From the NCBI GenBank assembly GCA_031835245.2, contig JAVKOQ020000098.1, positions 1-64,000 on the forward strand: 64,000 nucleotides of DNA. Direction: 5' to 3'. Of the stretch, positions 1 through 10,751 are shown piece by piece (position 1 is the stretch's first letter; every line of letters begins with the position of its first letter). The notes under the pieces were generated by a model that searched no databases, was not told the DNA's origin, and saw only the letters and a list, made by a program, of their open reading frames with translations. The position numbers were made by a program, and so were the translations under genes. Source of the DNA: Balamuthia mandrillaris. Taxonomy: Eukaryota.

Positions 1-230
1 GTTGAATCCAACCTCAAGAATAAAAGAGTCGGTGACAAGACAAGAAGTGTATTCAAGAGAATAGAGGAAGGACAACGGGAGTGAATCTCCGACGTTGCTT
101 CAAAGTACACCGAGAGAAAAGAGAAAAGGGAGAAGGGAAGGATGGAGGATACAAAAGAAAGGAGAGCTGAGGGTCCGGGACGGATCCAACATGAGGAGTC
201 TTAAGATAAGTGTTGGTGATTTTACTAACA
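1..230 (-). repeat. 3' LTR (truncated by window edge)
   Basis: Matches 4949-5178 with about 10 substitutions by eye; starts TGTTAG on the minus strand directly after the PPT. Confidence 0.93.
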
Positions 231-246
231 TACTTCCCCTCTTAAG
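231..246 (-). promoter_or_regulatory. Polypurine tract (plus-strand priming site)
   Basis: Minus strand reads CTTAAGAGGGGAAGTA immediately before the TG of the 3' LTR. Confidence 0.85.
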
Positions 247-3200
247 AAGAAGTAGAAGGTGAAGAGGATTGTTTGAGGAGGTCCCAATAACGTTTGACGA
301 GTTTGGGAGCATGGACATCTTTAGCAGGGATCCATTGGTTATCAGAATGTAGGTAGCCTTTCCAGTGAATAAAGTATTCACGCTTATTGGCTGGGCCTTT
401 GTGATCAAGGATTTCGTCTATTTCATACTCATCGGGTGGGAGGTCATTGATAGTAGAGTCCTCTGGGGGGGCAATGAGCTTCAGCTGGTTGGGGCTGAAC
501 TTGTCCGGGAGGGTAACGCCAGTGCTGTCCTGGAGGAGGTATGCACCACCACGATTGCAGCGGATGACTGTATAAGGGCCAGAGTATTCAGGAAGAGACT
601 TGAGAGACCTGGGAGGCTTGCATAGCATGACTTTGAAGCCAGCGGAAAATTCACGGAGTGGCTTAGAAGAATCATGTTGAGCCTTGATGTTAGAGCTGTG
701 CTTCCGAGTAGAAGATGCTGATGCTGGGTAGACAATATCATGCATTTGCTTGGTGTTCTTCAAGAGGAGGGTTTCAGTAGGAAGCTGGAAAGAGGAAGAA
801 GAATAGTCTTGTGGAGTGGTAGCTGGGCGACCAAAGAACAGTTGGAAAGGGGAAGACTTGTGGCGACAAGTAATGCGTTGGTTGATTGCATATTGGGCGG
901 CAGGAAGAAAGGTGTGCCAGTGAGACCAATCACTGTTAATGAGCTTGTTAAGGGTGTTACAGGCCAGCTTGACATGGCTTTCTGCAGCTCTGTTAGCTCG
1001 AGGATGATAGGCTGAGATGAACTGATGCTCAAAGCCAGAGAGTGTCTTGAGAGCTTTGATGACCGTGTTGATGAACTCAGTGCCGTTGTCTGACTGAAGG
1101 ATCTTAGGGAGACCAAAATCAGAGACAACTTGATAGAAGGTACGGGCCACATCTTTGGCAGTCTTGGCGTGGACTGGGCGGAGGGAAGTGAACCGGGTAG
1201 CGATGTCTGTGGTGACCAGAACGTAGTTGAAGCCTTTGGAAGAAGTGGGAAGGGGACCAAACAGATTGATGGCGATGTGATTGAAGGGGTAAGTAGCGTG
1301 GATGGTTTTGAGGGGATGAAAGCCGTGTTTGGTGACGTTGTGCTTAAGGCAGTCATTGCACTGTAGGCAAGTGCGGGAACAGTCAGCACGAAGAGTAGGC
1401 CAATAATAGCCTTCATTCCAGATCTTGATGAACAAGGTTTCTGCTCCGTGATGTCCTTCTGTGTGGAACAGCTGCAGGAGGTGTTTTCATTCAGAGGTGG
1501 AAGGGAGTTGCTTGTTGAGTCTGCCCTTGATGTGCCTGTTAAGAGTGAATTTGGCTGTGGATGGGGAGTTGTCAACCAAAGTGAGAGCCTTGAGGTCACG
1601 AGGTTTGCGCTGAGGCAAGCGAGGGGCGTCCAGAGGGATGGAGGGGGGTGTAAGACCACCGTTGTCCCAGAAGGAGCGCGGGTACAGCCGAGAGAGACAG
1701 TCCTCGAGAATCATGTGAACACCAGGGCGGTGGATGATCTTGAAGTTGTACTCTGAGATGAGGAGAGCCCAATAGTTGAGGGTGTAGTTCTTACTGTTGG
1801 AAGTGAAGAGGTAGAACAAAGCCTTGTGATCAGAATAGATCGTGAACTTGTTGCCGTAGAGCCAATCGCTGAAGGAGCGGACGGCGAAGAGAATGGTGAG
1901 CATCTCATGTTTGGTGGCAGGATAGTTGTGTTGGGCAGGGTTGAGGGCCTTGCTTGCGAACATGATGTACTGGTGCTTGTTGTTAGGTCCGATCTGGTAA
2001 AGGACGGCACCAACACCAAATTGGGAGGCATCAGTGCCAACCAAAAGAGGTAAGGATGGGTCATAGAGAGAGAGCACAGGTGGGTTGGATAAGATGCGCT
2101 TGAGGGCATCAAAGGCGTCCTGGCAGTCTTGGTTCCAATGGGGACGGACGTCCTTGATGTACCAGAGGGTGTCAAGGGGCTGAACGAGTTGGGCGAACAT
2201 GGGGATGAAGTCGTGGAGGTAGCCTGCAAAGCCAAGGAAGGATTGCATTTGCTTGCCAGTGGATGGTACTTCTAGGAGTGCAAAAGTGGAGAGCTTGTGT
2301 TGGTCGGGAAGGATATTGCTGCGATCAATGATAAAACCGAGGATGCAGAGGTGTTTGTACCCGAACTGACACTTCTCCTGACGGATATGGAGTCCCGCAG
2401 CGGTGAGAGTGAGGATAACACGGATAAGGTGCTCAATATGTTCTTCCACACTTTGGGAAATGACAGCTAGATCATCGATGTAATGAGAAGTGAACTCGGC
2501 AATAGCGGCAGTGACAACATCCATGAGGCGCTGGAAGTGTTGTGCAACTATCTTGATGCCAAAAATGGCGGCGACAAACATGTAACAACAACCGTTCCAT
2601 GTGAATGTAGTTTTGACGCAGTCTTCGGGAGCAATGGGGCATTGCGTATAAGACCAGATAAGGTTGAGGGCAGAGGCGATGAAAAAGCCTTGCACTTTGG
2701 AGATAATGCTGCGGATAGTAGGGATTGGGTATGTGAGGTCCAAGAGGAGCTTGTTCAGGAGGCGTGGGTCGATGCAGACACGCCACTGGGTAACATTGCC
2801 ATCAGCGTCCTTCTTGGGTACAACGGTGAGAGGAGAGTTCCAGGGACTGTTGGGTGGGGCGAGCACGATGATGCCGGTACGCAGCCATTCTGCCACTTGC
2901 AGATTGATTACGAGCATTAAATGGTGTGGGATGGGGTATTGGTGGCGAAAGACAGGAGGGTGGTCTCCAGTGTCCAGATGGAGAACTGCTTCGGGAAGGG
3001 TACAGGAAGGTCCTGTGGGTAGAGCCTCGTTCTCCTGGAGGTATTTCTCAATGGCTTCAAGAATACGCTTGTGGATGTGTTTCTTGACAGCTTTCACCAA
3101 ACGTTGATGTTGGCGTCGGGTGATGTTGTGGTCCTTGGAGCGGGGTAGTGGTTCCTCAGGGTAGTTGATTGGAATGTCTGTTATGCCCATGCCGGACTTG

Positions 3201-4898
3201 CGCATGAAGTCGCGGCCCAGGATGATCGATTGACCATCTGGTTGAGGCAATACAGAGAACATGTGATGGAAATGGCGTTTGCTGAAGCCAATAGCAAGTG
3301 GCTCTGTTTTGGCGACACATGTAGCGGTGGTTTCACGGTGTCCGAGTTTGACCGTGTAGTTGGCTTGCTTGGTTTTGGCATGAACTAAGTCAACAATAGA
3401 AGGGTCCATAAAGGAGTGGCTGGCGCCAGAGTCTATGACAGCAGTGATATGACAGCTGTTGATGGTCATCAGGGCACAGATAGGGTCGTTGGGTCCGGGC
3501 ATGTCGTTAGTGATGGTGATAGAGTTGAGAGCCCGTTGTGACTCATAGAACTCATTGTATTCCTCTTCATCACTGATAGAGTCTTGCTGCTCAATGGTAG
3601 GAGCAGGTGTGTTGCTCTGTTGCTGTGTAGAAGCCATGGAGTTGAGGGAACGTGAGCTGGGAGACGACTGGCGTGCTGGTAGTTGTGCGTGTGTTTGTTG
3701 CGGCAGTGTTGATGTGGGGTTGTGTGTTGTAGGAGCAAAAGATGAGGCTGGTGTAACAGACGTTGCTTGAGAAGACTGCCATTGTAGCCTGCGGGCCTTT
3801 TTTTGGCACTGATCTTCCATGTGGTTGCGTGTTTTGCAGTGTGCGCAAACAGCACCTATTGTGTGGGGTAATGGTGATTGCTGTTGAGGTGATTTGCTGT
3901 GACCTTTATCTTTTGAAGAAGGTTGGGGAAACTCTGACTCAATGAGGACTACGAGCTTGAAAGCAGCAATGACGTCTTGTGGCTTGTTGCAAAGAGTCTG
4001 TTGCTTGTACTTTGACTTGATGTGGAGAAGAAGGGCTCATCCAAAGAAAAAGGCTTTGAGGTAGTCATAGAAGGTGTCAAGAAGATGATTACAGAGTACA
4101 GAGTACTGATTGATGAGCTGATGAACGCTTTCACCAGGCTTCTGTCAAAACAACGTGACGGCCTCTATCATTGTGGCCTCAATGTCTGGAAGGTGGTAGT
4201 GCCGATGGAAGAGGTCTTGAGTGATGTTCCATGGTTGGTCTTGTAGAGCGCTAATGGCCCAAAGACATCCATCTCCAACAAGGGTGGTGATGAGGGCTTG
4301 CGTCCATCTGTCCTCAGGGTAGTTGTAGGCGTTAAGGTGATACTCCAGTTCCATGGTGTGAAGAGCGGGGTCCTGGCGCCTGCTGACGTCAAACTTAGGT
4401 AGTCCGGGGGGAAGGCGAAACATTTTCTTCTAAATAAAAAAAAAAAAAGTAGTTGTGTTGCTCTATGTTTCTGGAACAGAGGGAATGTGTGTGCTGTTGG
4501 AAGCAGTTGTGTTGTTGACGGAAATGTCAACGGGAAAGGGTGAACTTGAATGAGGTGACTGTATGGGAGAGATCTGTGGAACGGGCGAGGGAGGAGAAAC
4601 AGTGGCAGCGGTAGTGTTGCATGTGGAAGAGTTGCCTAGTATGGCCGAGGTGGATGCGAGGAACACAACAAAGTTGTCTATACGCTGTTGTAACCGTTCC
4701 ATGGCCTTTCTAGTGTGTTCTGCAGCTTCATCTAACTTGCGCTGTTCTTCTTCTTTGGCGACGCGTTCAGTCTCAGGGCAGCTGGGGATGTTGAGCTCAA
4801 GTTGAAAGGATTGTTGGAGCATGCGAAGGTACTCCTGTTGTGCCTTGCAAAGCTGTTCACAGAGGGTGTCGAGAGCAGCTGAGGCTTCCATGATGTGC
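242..4898 (-). pseudogene. gag-pol polyprotein, single reading frame interrupted by in-frame stops
   Basis: ORFs 4463-4924, 4145-4423, 1487-3820 and 242-1435 share one frame. Zinc knuckle CAHCKTRNHMEDQC, protease VIDSGAS, RT YIDD, RNase H TDASQFGVGAVL, integrase H..GH..C..C / SDNGTEF / AAE, chromodomain EYEIDEILDHK..YFIHWKGY..NQW. Stops: TGA at 4145, 4037, 1487; TAG at 4463, 4430. Confidence 0.93.
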
Positions 4899-4943
4899 AT
4901 AGCACAAAAGGGGATTTGAATCACTTATGTAAGTCAAAAAAAA

Positions 4944-5178
4944 TGTTGGTTGAATCCAACCTCAAGAATAAAAGAGTCGGTGATGAGACAAGAAGTGTAT
5001 TCAAGAGAATAGAGAAAGGACAACGGGAGTGAATCTCTGACGTTGCTTCAAAGTATACCGAGAGAAAAGGGAAAAGGGAGAAGGGAAGGATGGAGGATAC
5101 AAAAGAAAGGAGAGCTGAGGGTCCGGGATGGATCCAACATGAGGAGTCTTGAGATAAGTGTTGGTGATTTTACCAAAA
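4944..5178 (-). repeat. 5' LTR (235 bp)
   Basis: Direct repeat of 1-230; ends CCAACA on the minus strand; the 5' TG appears mutated to TT. Confidence 0.93.
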
Positions 5179-6921
5179 GATAGTAATGAGAAAGAATGGA
5201 CTTTGACACATATTCCTTTATACTGTGAACTAGGATATTGTCATGATTTCTTGAATTATACATTTCTTATAGATATGCCTGCTACTGCTGCTGCCAACAA
5301 AAGAAAAAGAGAAAATATAGTTGCTTCTTATGATACTATTAGAAATTATTGTTGGGCTTTAAAACGTTGGTTAAACTTTTGTTTAGCTTTATTAGAAAGA
5401 AAAGATTCAAGATTTAGTAGTATTAGAAGAAAACTTGTGGAAGACTTTGGAAAATGGTTAACATTGACAGCTGGAAATCATGCAGAACAAGCCATGGAAA
5501 ATAAACTATTGAGAAATAACTTGGATCATTTAGTTGAAGCAAAACAATGGATGACATTCTCTAACTTATTGGAAACTTATGATAAAATGAAGGTAAAACT
5601 TTGGGACCCACTGTTAAAAAAAGTAAAAAAACAGAAAAGCAGAAAATGCAGTTATAAAGAGTTGAAATGGGGAGGAATATTTACACAAATGACTTTTTGT
5701 ATTTTTGAAGTTCTTTTAAGATCAGAAAATCTTTATAATTTGGAATTAGGCAATACACTTGAGTGGAATGAAGAGAAACAAGTCTATAAAGCTAATTATA
5801 CTAAATTCAAGTCAGTCAACAAGAATTTACCTCCTTATAGCCCAGAGTTTAGCAAAAAAACTTCTCAAGTTTTTCGTGATTATGAGTTATATATCAGATC
5901 ACGGCTGAATCCACAAACTAACTTCTTTTTTTGTAATTCTTCTGGTCAACCACATACTAAACTTGGACATCGTATGTCCATAAAACTACAAGAAAGAACT
6001 GGAGTTTTTGGCATTACTCCTGGTAAAATTCGATGCATTATTGCAAGTACTGCTAGAGATCTTTCAGTTCCAGAAGAAGTCAGAGTCAAGTTAGCTTGAG
6101 CTATGCTTCATAGTTTTGATACTCATAATACACATTATACCAAAGTATCAGCTCAAAAGGATCATCAATTAGGTAGAAAAATTGTGAATCATATGCGACT
6201 TGTTATTCAACAAAACTTGAAGATAAAAGATCCAAATTGGTGGTGTAATCATGAAGAAGAAGAAGAAGAAGAAGAAGAAAAAGAAATAAAAGATGATATT
6301 AAGGATAATGGAGAAGAAGAAGAAGAAGAAGAAGAAGAAGAAGAAAAATGGCAATCTACTTATGATGATATAGTTTCATTATTTTTAAAAGATAATAGTG
6401 AAATTGATGATGATGATGATGAAAAACAAAAAGAAACACAAGAAGAATCTGATGTACTTCAAGAATTACAACAGCAATTTGAAGAAAATGAAGAAGACAA
6501 AGGTACTTTCTTTTTCTAGTTATTTTCTTTATTTTTAATTATTAATATAAATTCTTATTTCAATCAATAGCAGCAGATCAAGCTTCAAAAAGAAGATATA
6601 AAAGACTTAGAAGACTTACATTTATGGAGGAGGATGATGATGATGATAAATATTCTGAGACAAACTTATTATTGGATGAAAATGAAAATGAAGCAATAAT
6701 GACAACAGAAATGATGGATGTAGTAAAAGAAATATTGGATCATAAATGGGAACAAACAATTGGTGATAATGATAAGGATAGCAAAGTTGTTTTATATCAA
6801 GTCAACTGATGGAAAGGAGTAAATCATCCTATTTGGAATCAAGAAAAAGAATTACCTCAGAGCTTGATTATAAAGTATTGGAATAATTTAAAGGATCCAT
6901 TATTATTTTAATCTTTCATTA
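5179..6921 (+). pseudogene. Tyrosine recombinase (Crypton/YR-like) with acidic linker and C-terminal chromodomain; 5' end cut by the retrotransposon
   Basis: YR motifs LLRSENLYNL (R), KFKSVNK (K), ITPGKIRC (R), MLHSFDTHNTHY (H..Y) read across a TGA at 6097. A GT-AG intron at 6503-6570 joins in frame to KRRYKRLRR, then VKEILDHK..LYQVN*WKGVNHPIWNQEKELPQSLIIKYW (chromodomain-like, TGA at 6807). Confidence 0.8.
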
Positions 6922-7420
6922 TAGTAATGATTGTAGCTGTATCTACAACAATGATTGTTCAGGAAAGAAGGGAGAATTTATATTTTGTTTTTAAGTTGTT
7001 GTTCTGACTGATTTAATTATTGTTTGTTTTTGCAAGGTTTTGTTTTTTTATGTTGTGAAACATTTTTTTTTCCTTGTATATTCATTCAATATTAATGAAA
7101 CACCTTTTAAACAATCATTTATTCATTATTTATCTATCTGTCAATCCTTTTATTTGTTTGTTAATCAGTTTTATCAATATTTTCTATTATTTTTAAAATA
7201 CAAAAGTATGTATATAATTAATTACTCTGTTATAAATCATTTTTACTTTTTGTAAATAAGCTCATTGGATAGAGCATGTTGAGTTCTACAAGAACCTTTT
7301 TTATTTTTTCAAACAAAAGCATTGTATTCCTTTTTTTAATTAATAAACATTAATTTTCCCTTTTTTCAATCATTTTGACTTAGAGAATGTTGAAATTTTT
7401 TCTAAGTCTGAAATTTTTGC

Positions 7421-7460
7421 TATGGAACCAGGGAACCAAGGAGGTTCCTTTGGTTCCGTA
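7421..7460. repeat. Inverted repeat / hairpin (17-18 bp arms, 5-nt loop)
   Basis: TATGGAACCAGGGAACC-aagga-GGTTCCTTTGGTTCCGTA in otherwise very AT-rich DNA. Confidence 0.75.
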
Positions 7461-7598
7461 TTTTTGCACCTCAATAACTTTGTTACATCTTAATAAAACA
7501 CAAAACTGTTTGTTGTGGCAAATACTTTAAGTATTACTCTTCCTTTGGATGTATTTAAGTTTAGGATACACCTTATACCTGTCCTGCAAAGGGTAGCC

Positions 7599-8993
7599 TT
7601 AAAACAAGGCCGATTCCCTAACCCTAACCTTTTGAGTAGAAGGTATCAATAACCAAGGTTGAATTTTGAGGAGGAAGAGTTGGAAGAAGGAGTGTAATTC
7701 AGTAGGAAGAGGTACTTGATCTGTTTTTCTCATCCTCTTTTCCTTGCCTACTGATGCATAAAAACTTATGGTCTTGCTTCCATCTTCATTATTGCTTTCT
7801 TCATAGAACAATTTATCTCGATGAAGCCCTCCAACTACTTCTCTTCTAACACCTTGCATTAAGTCTGTTGTCATGTTGATGAAACAGCATTGAGCTTGCC
7901 ATGCTGCCTTCTTCAATCCCCAGAGTTGAATATCTTCTTCTTTTTCATCATCATCATCTTCTTCTTCTTTTTCTTTTTTTTCTTCTTCTTTTTCTTTTTC
8001 TTCTTCTTCTTCTTCTTCTGTTTCTTTATCTTTTTCTTTGGTCCTGTCATTGATGGACCCAAAATATGTTAGCATAATCTTATTCCATCTTCGCAAATTC
8101 CATTCGCCAAAAGCAAGATGTTCTTGAGGTACAAAGAATTGACCAGAAGATGTCATCTCACTTTCATTGTAGATCATGGAAGTATGTGTTCGTAGTTGCA
8201 TCTTTGCATCCTGAGCAGATTCATGCAAGAATCTTTGAGCTGCATTGATAGAAAGAAGATGCTTAGACATGGTCTCAAAAGTCAACAACCAATGTAACGT
8301 CTTTGATAGATGAAGCAGATGATTGCAAACTGTACTAGGACTGCTGTACTGTAGTTGATAGAAGTGATGAAATGCTCGAAGGCGGGTTTGATCAAATAAC
8401 ATCATTACTGAGAGCTCAAATAGCTCAACTGTCTTATCATCTTTATCATCTTTTTTTTTCTTCGTCTTCTCTTCTTCTTCCTCTTCTTTCTCCTCCTCTT
8501 CTTGCTCCTCTTCCTTCTTTTTTTCTTCTTTTTCCTTATGATTGCTCTCACACAATTCCACAAATCGAAAGAAGATGCCCAGAGTAGAACATAAGTCTCT
8601 TGCTGTTTGAATTATGCTTTTTGTTGCTATGCTTTGCTAGGCCTCATTTTTTTCTTTTGTTGTGATGTCCAGTTGTGAAGCATCTTGTCGTCTTCTCTTT
8701 TTATCTTTCTCTTCTTTTATCAATTGTCGTATTTCTGGTATTCGCTTTTTGAGTTGCTTCCAATTAATATCATAAAAATGTTTGTGATGTCCTCTTTTTG
8801 TTTTCTGGTCAACAATCAGAAGTTCTCATAATAGCTCATAGTTTGAATAGCATGTTGGATAAGAAGCACTAATTGCAACAGTTTGTTTTGCTAACAAAGC
8901 TTCTTGAAGCAATGAAGAAGAAGATGAAAAAGAAGATGAAGAAGATGAAGAAGATGAAGAAAATGTAGAGATGCTGTCTTCTGGTTGTTGCAT
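7599..8993 (-). pseudogene. Second, divergent tyrosine-recombinase-like gene (C-terminus truncated or degraded)
   Basis: Frame runs from ATG 8993 through stops at 8826 (TGA) and 8637 (TAG) into ORF 7599-8561. Core-binding-like segment SPSTVCNHLLHLSKTLHWL, catalytic-R-like QGVRREVVGGL, GKEKRMRK..VPLP..LFLLKIQPWL; no clear HxxR/Y after 7600. Confidence 0.6.
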
Positions 8994-9589
8994 ATCTATT
9001 ATAATGTTTTATAATAATAAGAAACTACAACAAACAACAAAAACAATAAAAACAACACTTTAGCAACAAACCGTTGGAAAAAAGATGGCTGTAAAAGCTC
9101 ACAATCAGCACTACAAGGTCTGAAAGTGCTCTGGCGTGTGGTTCTTTCTTCTTTCTTTTTGTTTTTCGCGAAAATCAAGTAGCATTTGTGCAAAATTTGT
9201 GCATAATACAGTTTTAGTGGTTTGTTTTACTAAAAATATTCTAACTCTGTAACACTTTATTAATACCTAACATAAAATATATCTTCTCATAGCCCTTGAG
9301 TTGCTCTTTAAGATGATACAATTATTATATTTTAAAAGCTGATTCTTAGGTCAAAATCGAGCATAGAACCCTAACCTTACTTTTTTCTATTCCCTCAATT
9401 CTATTCTCTGGAAATTCGGCCAGATATTCCCACTTTTATCCATTGGATATATGCCCAAATATTTCGTTAATAGAGGTTAGGAAAGTCTTTATTTGCTATG
9501 AACATTTTTGGTAGTGTTTTATTGAAAGTATCATGATCTTTTTCTCAGCTGAAGCATCATAACTAAACTATGAAAATAAAAACAACAAT

Positions 9590-10751
9590 GAGTCCTGGGA
9601 CCAAATTTCACCTGCAAATTTATGTGACTGGGACCATGGTCCCAACCATATCAAAAATTGTGTGGGTTGGGATATGGGAAATGTTCAATACAAAGAAGAA
9701 AAAAATAAGAACTTTATTCAAAAAAAGCTAGAAAGCAACTATTTCATCTCAAAGTTGTGTACACCAGCAGCAAGCTTCAACACATAGCCTTGCTGCTTTG
9801 GAGTTTCTCTCCATGGCTGAGATAAAGCTTTCCATAGGCCAAATGGAGATTTCACTCAAGCACGGATTTGACGGATCTGAGCATTGCACTTTTTGGTTGC
9901 TTCAGAGAGTTTTGGCTGTTTCTTGCCTGGCTCAGGTACTGGGGTGATTATTTTCACATTTTCCAATGTGTCTTTGGGCAGAGAGAAGTGGCAATCTCCA
10001 ACAATACAAGCTCCTTTCCACTTTGTATCCAAGGTGTCTTGGTGGTCCAAAACCCAATGAGCATCATAAGTCTTGGGAGAGTAGGGTCCCCAAAACCCAC
10101 GAACCCTGTCTTTAAGGTCAAAAATGACCATATAACGGGTTCCTGGGCAATTCTCCTTGAAGGACCAGAGTTCTGACTTCTTTGAGGTGCTGCGTCTTCC
10201 TTCCAAGGGTAAGTCAATGGAGTCCATTGTCAGGTTGACACCTGCCAGCCATTTGGGACGTGGAACAGCAGTTGCAGCCTTGTGCCAGCTTGCCTTTCCT
10301 CCTCGCAGGATCTGTGCCTTTGCCCACCTGGCTGTGATGCATCGTAGGATTTTGGAGTTGTGTTTGAGGGACTTTTCACTTACACCAAGCCAGTTTCTGG
10401 TGTCTTTGCTCAACTGGTTGTAGCCTTTAGCACCTAGGTCCTTGTAAAGTACCACCAACACCAAGTTCTGGATGAAAGGTCCTTTCTTCTGCAATCCCCA
10501 TAGCTTTGGCTTTTTTTGTTTTACAAACTGCATAATAGACATCAGAGTTTTCTTTTTTATTGCTTTAGCTACCTTCTTCTCCACACCCTCCTTTGTTTTT
10601 GGCATGATAACGTTGTTTGCTCTTCTTCGCTTGCTTCTATGTCTTGTTCAAACGGATAAAAACCGTATCCCAACAATCACAATTTATGGTATGATTGGGA
10701 CCATGGTCCCAATCACATAAATTTTGCAGGAGAAATTTGGTCCCAGGGCTC
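9590..10751 (-). mobile_element. PIF/Harbinger (IS5-like)-type DNA transposon, 1162 bp, about 62-bp TIRs, AAT target duplication
   Basis: TIR GAG(T/C)CCTGGGACCAAATTTC(A/T)CCTGCAAA..GGGACCATGGTCCCAA at both ends; AAT at 9587-9589 and 10752-10754. Confidence 0.9.
9739..10605 (-). pseudogene. DDE transposase (DDE_Tnp_4/IS5-like), inactivated
   Basis: LTMDSIDLP, WSFKEN, GPYSPKTYD, IVGDCHF, NAQIRQIRA*VKSPFG (family-typical R.xVE.xFG with TGA at 9856 and E to K); frame continues to TAG at 9739. Confidence 0.85.

Larger units (their letters stand above)
1..5178 (-). mobile_element. Ty3/Gypsy-type LTR retrotransposon with integrase chromodomain (chromovirus/Skipper-like), decayed; left end runs about 5 bp off the window
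   Basis: Two direct repeats of about 230-235 bp (1-230, 4944-5178) flank gag(CCHC)-PR-RT-RNaseH-IN-chromodomain in Gypsy order; polypurine tract adjoins the 3' LTR. Confidence 0.95.

Noticed and set aside
760..1659. 299-aa alternative-frame ORF overlapping integrase
   Set aside because: Ser/Leu/Pro-rich off-frame read of pol with no domain; not an env-like gene
7380..7598. Possible continuation of YR2 (GYPL..LLRC..FHS) past the 7599 stop
   Set aside because: Two TAA stops, no catalytic Tyr and only weak motif similarity; cannot be distinguished from chance by eye
9590..9660. Repeated GGGACCA motifs resembling a repeat-spacer array
   Set aside because: Explained by the transposon TIR; eukaryotic context, no regular spacers and no cas genes
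1..10751. Alternative genetic code (TGA as sense)
   Set aside because: In-frame TGAs are confined to mobile elements, Trp is encoded by TGG, and a host gene appears to end in TGA (40693); deamination of CGA is simpler
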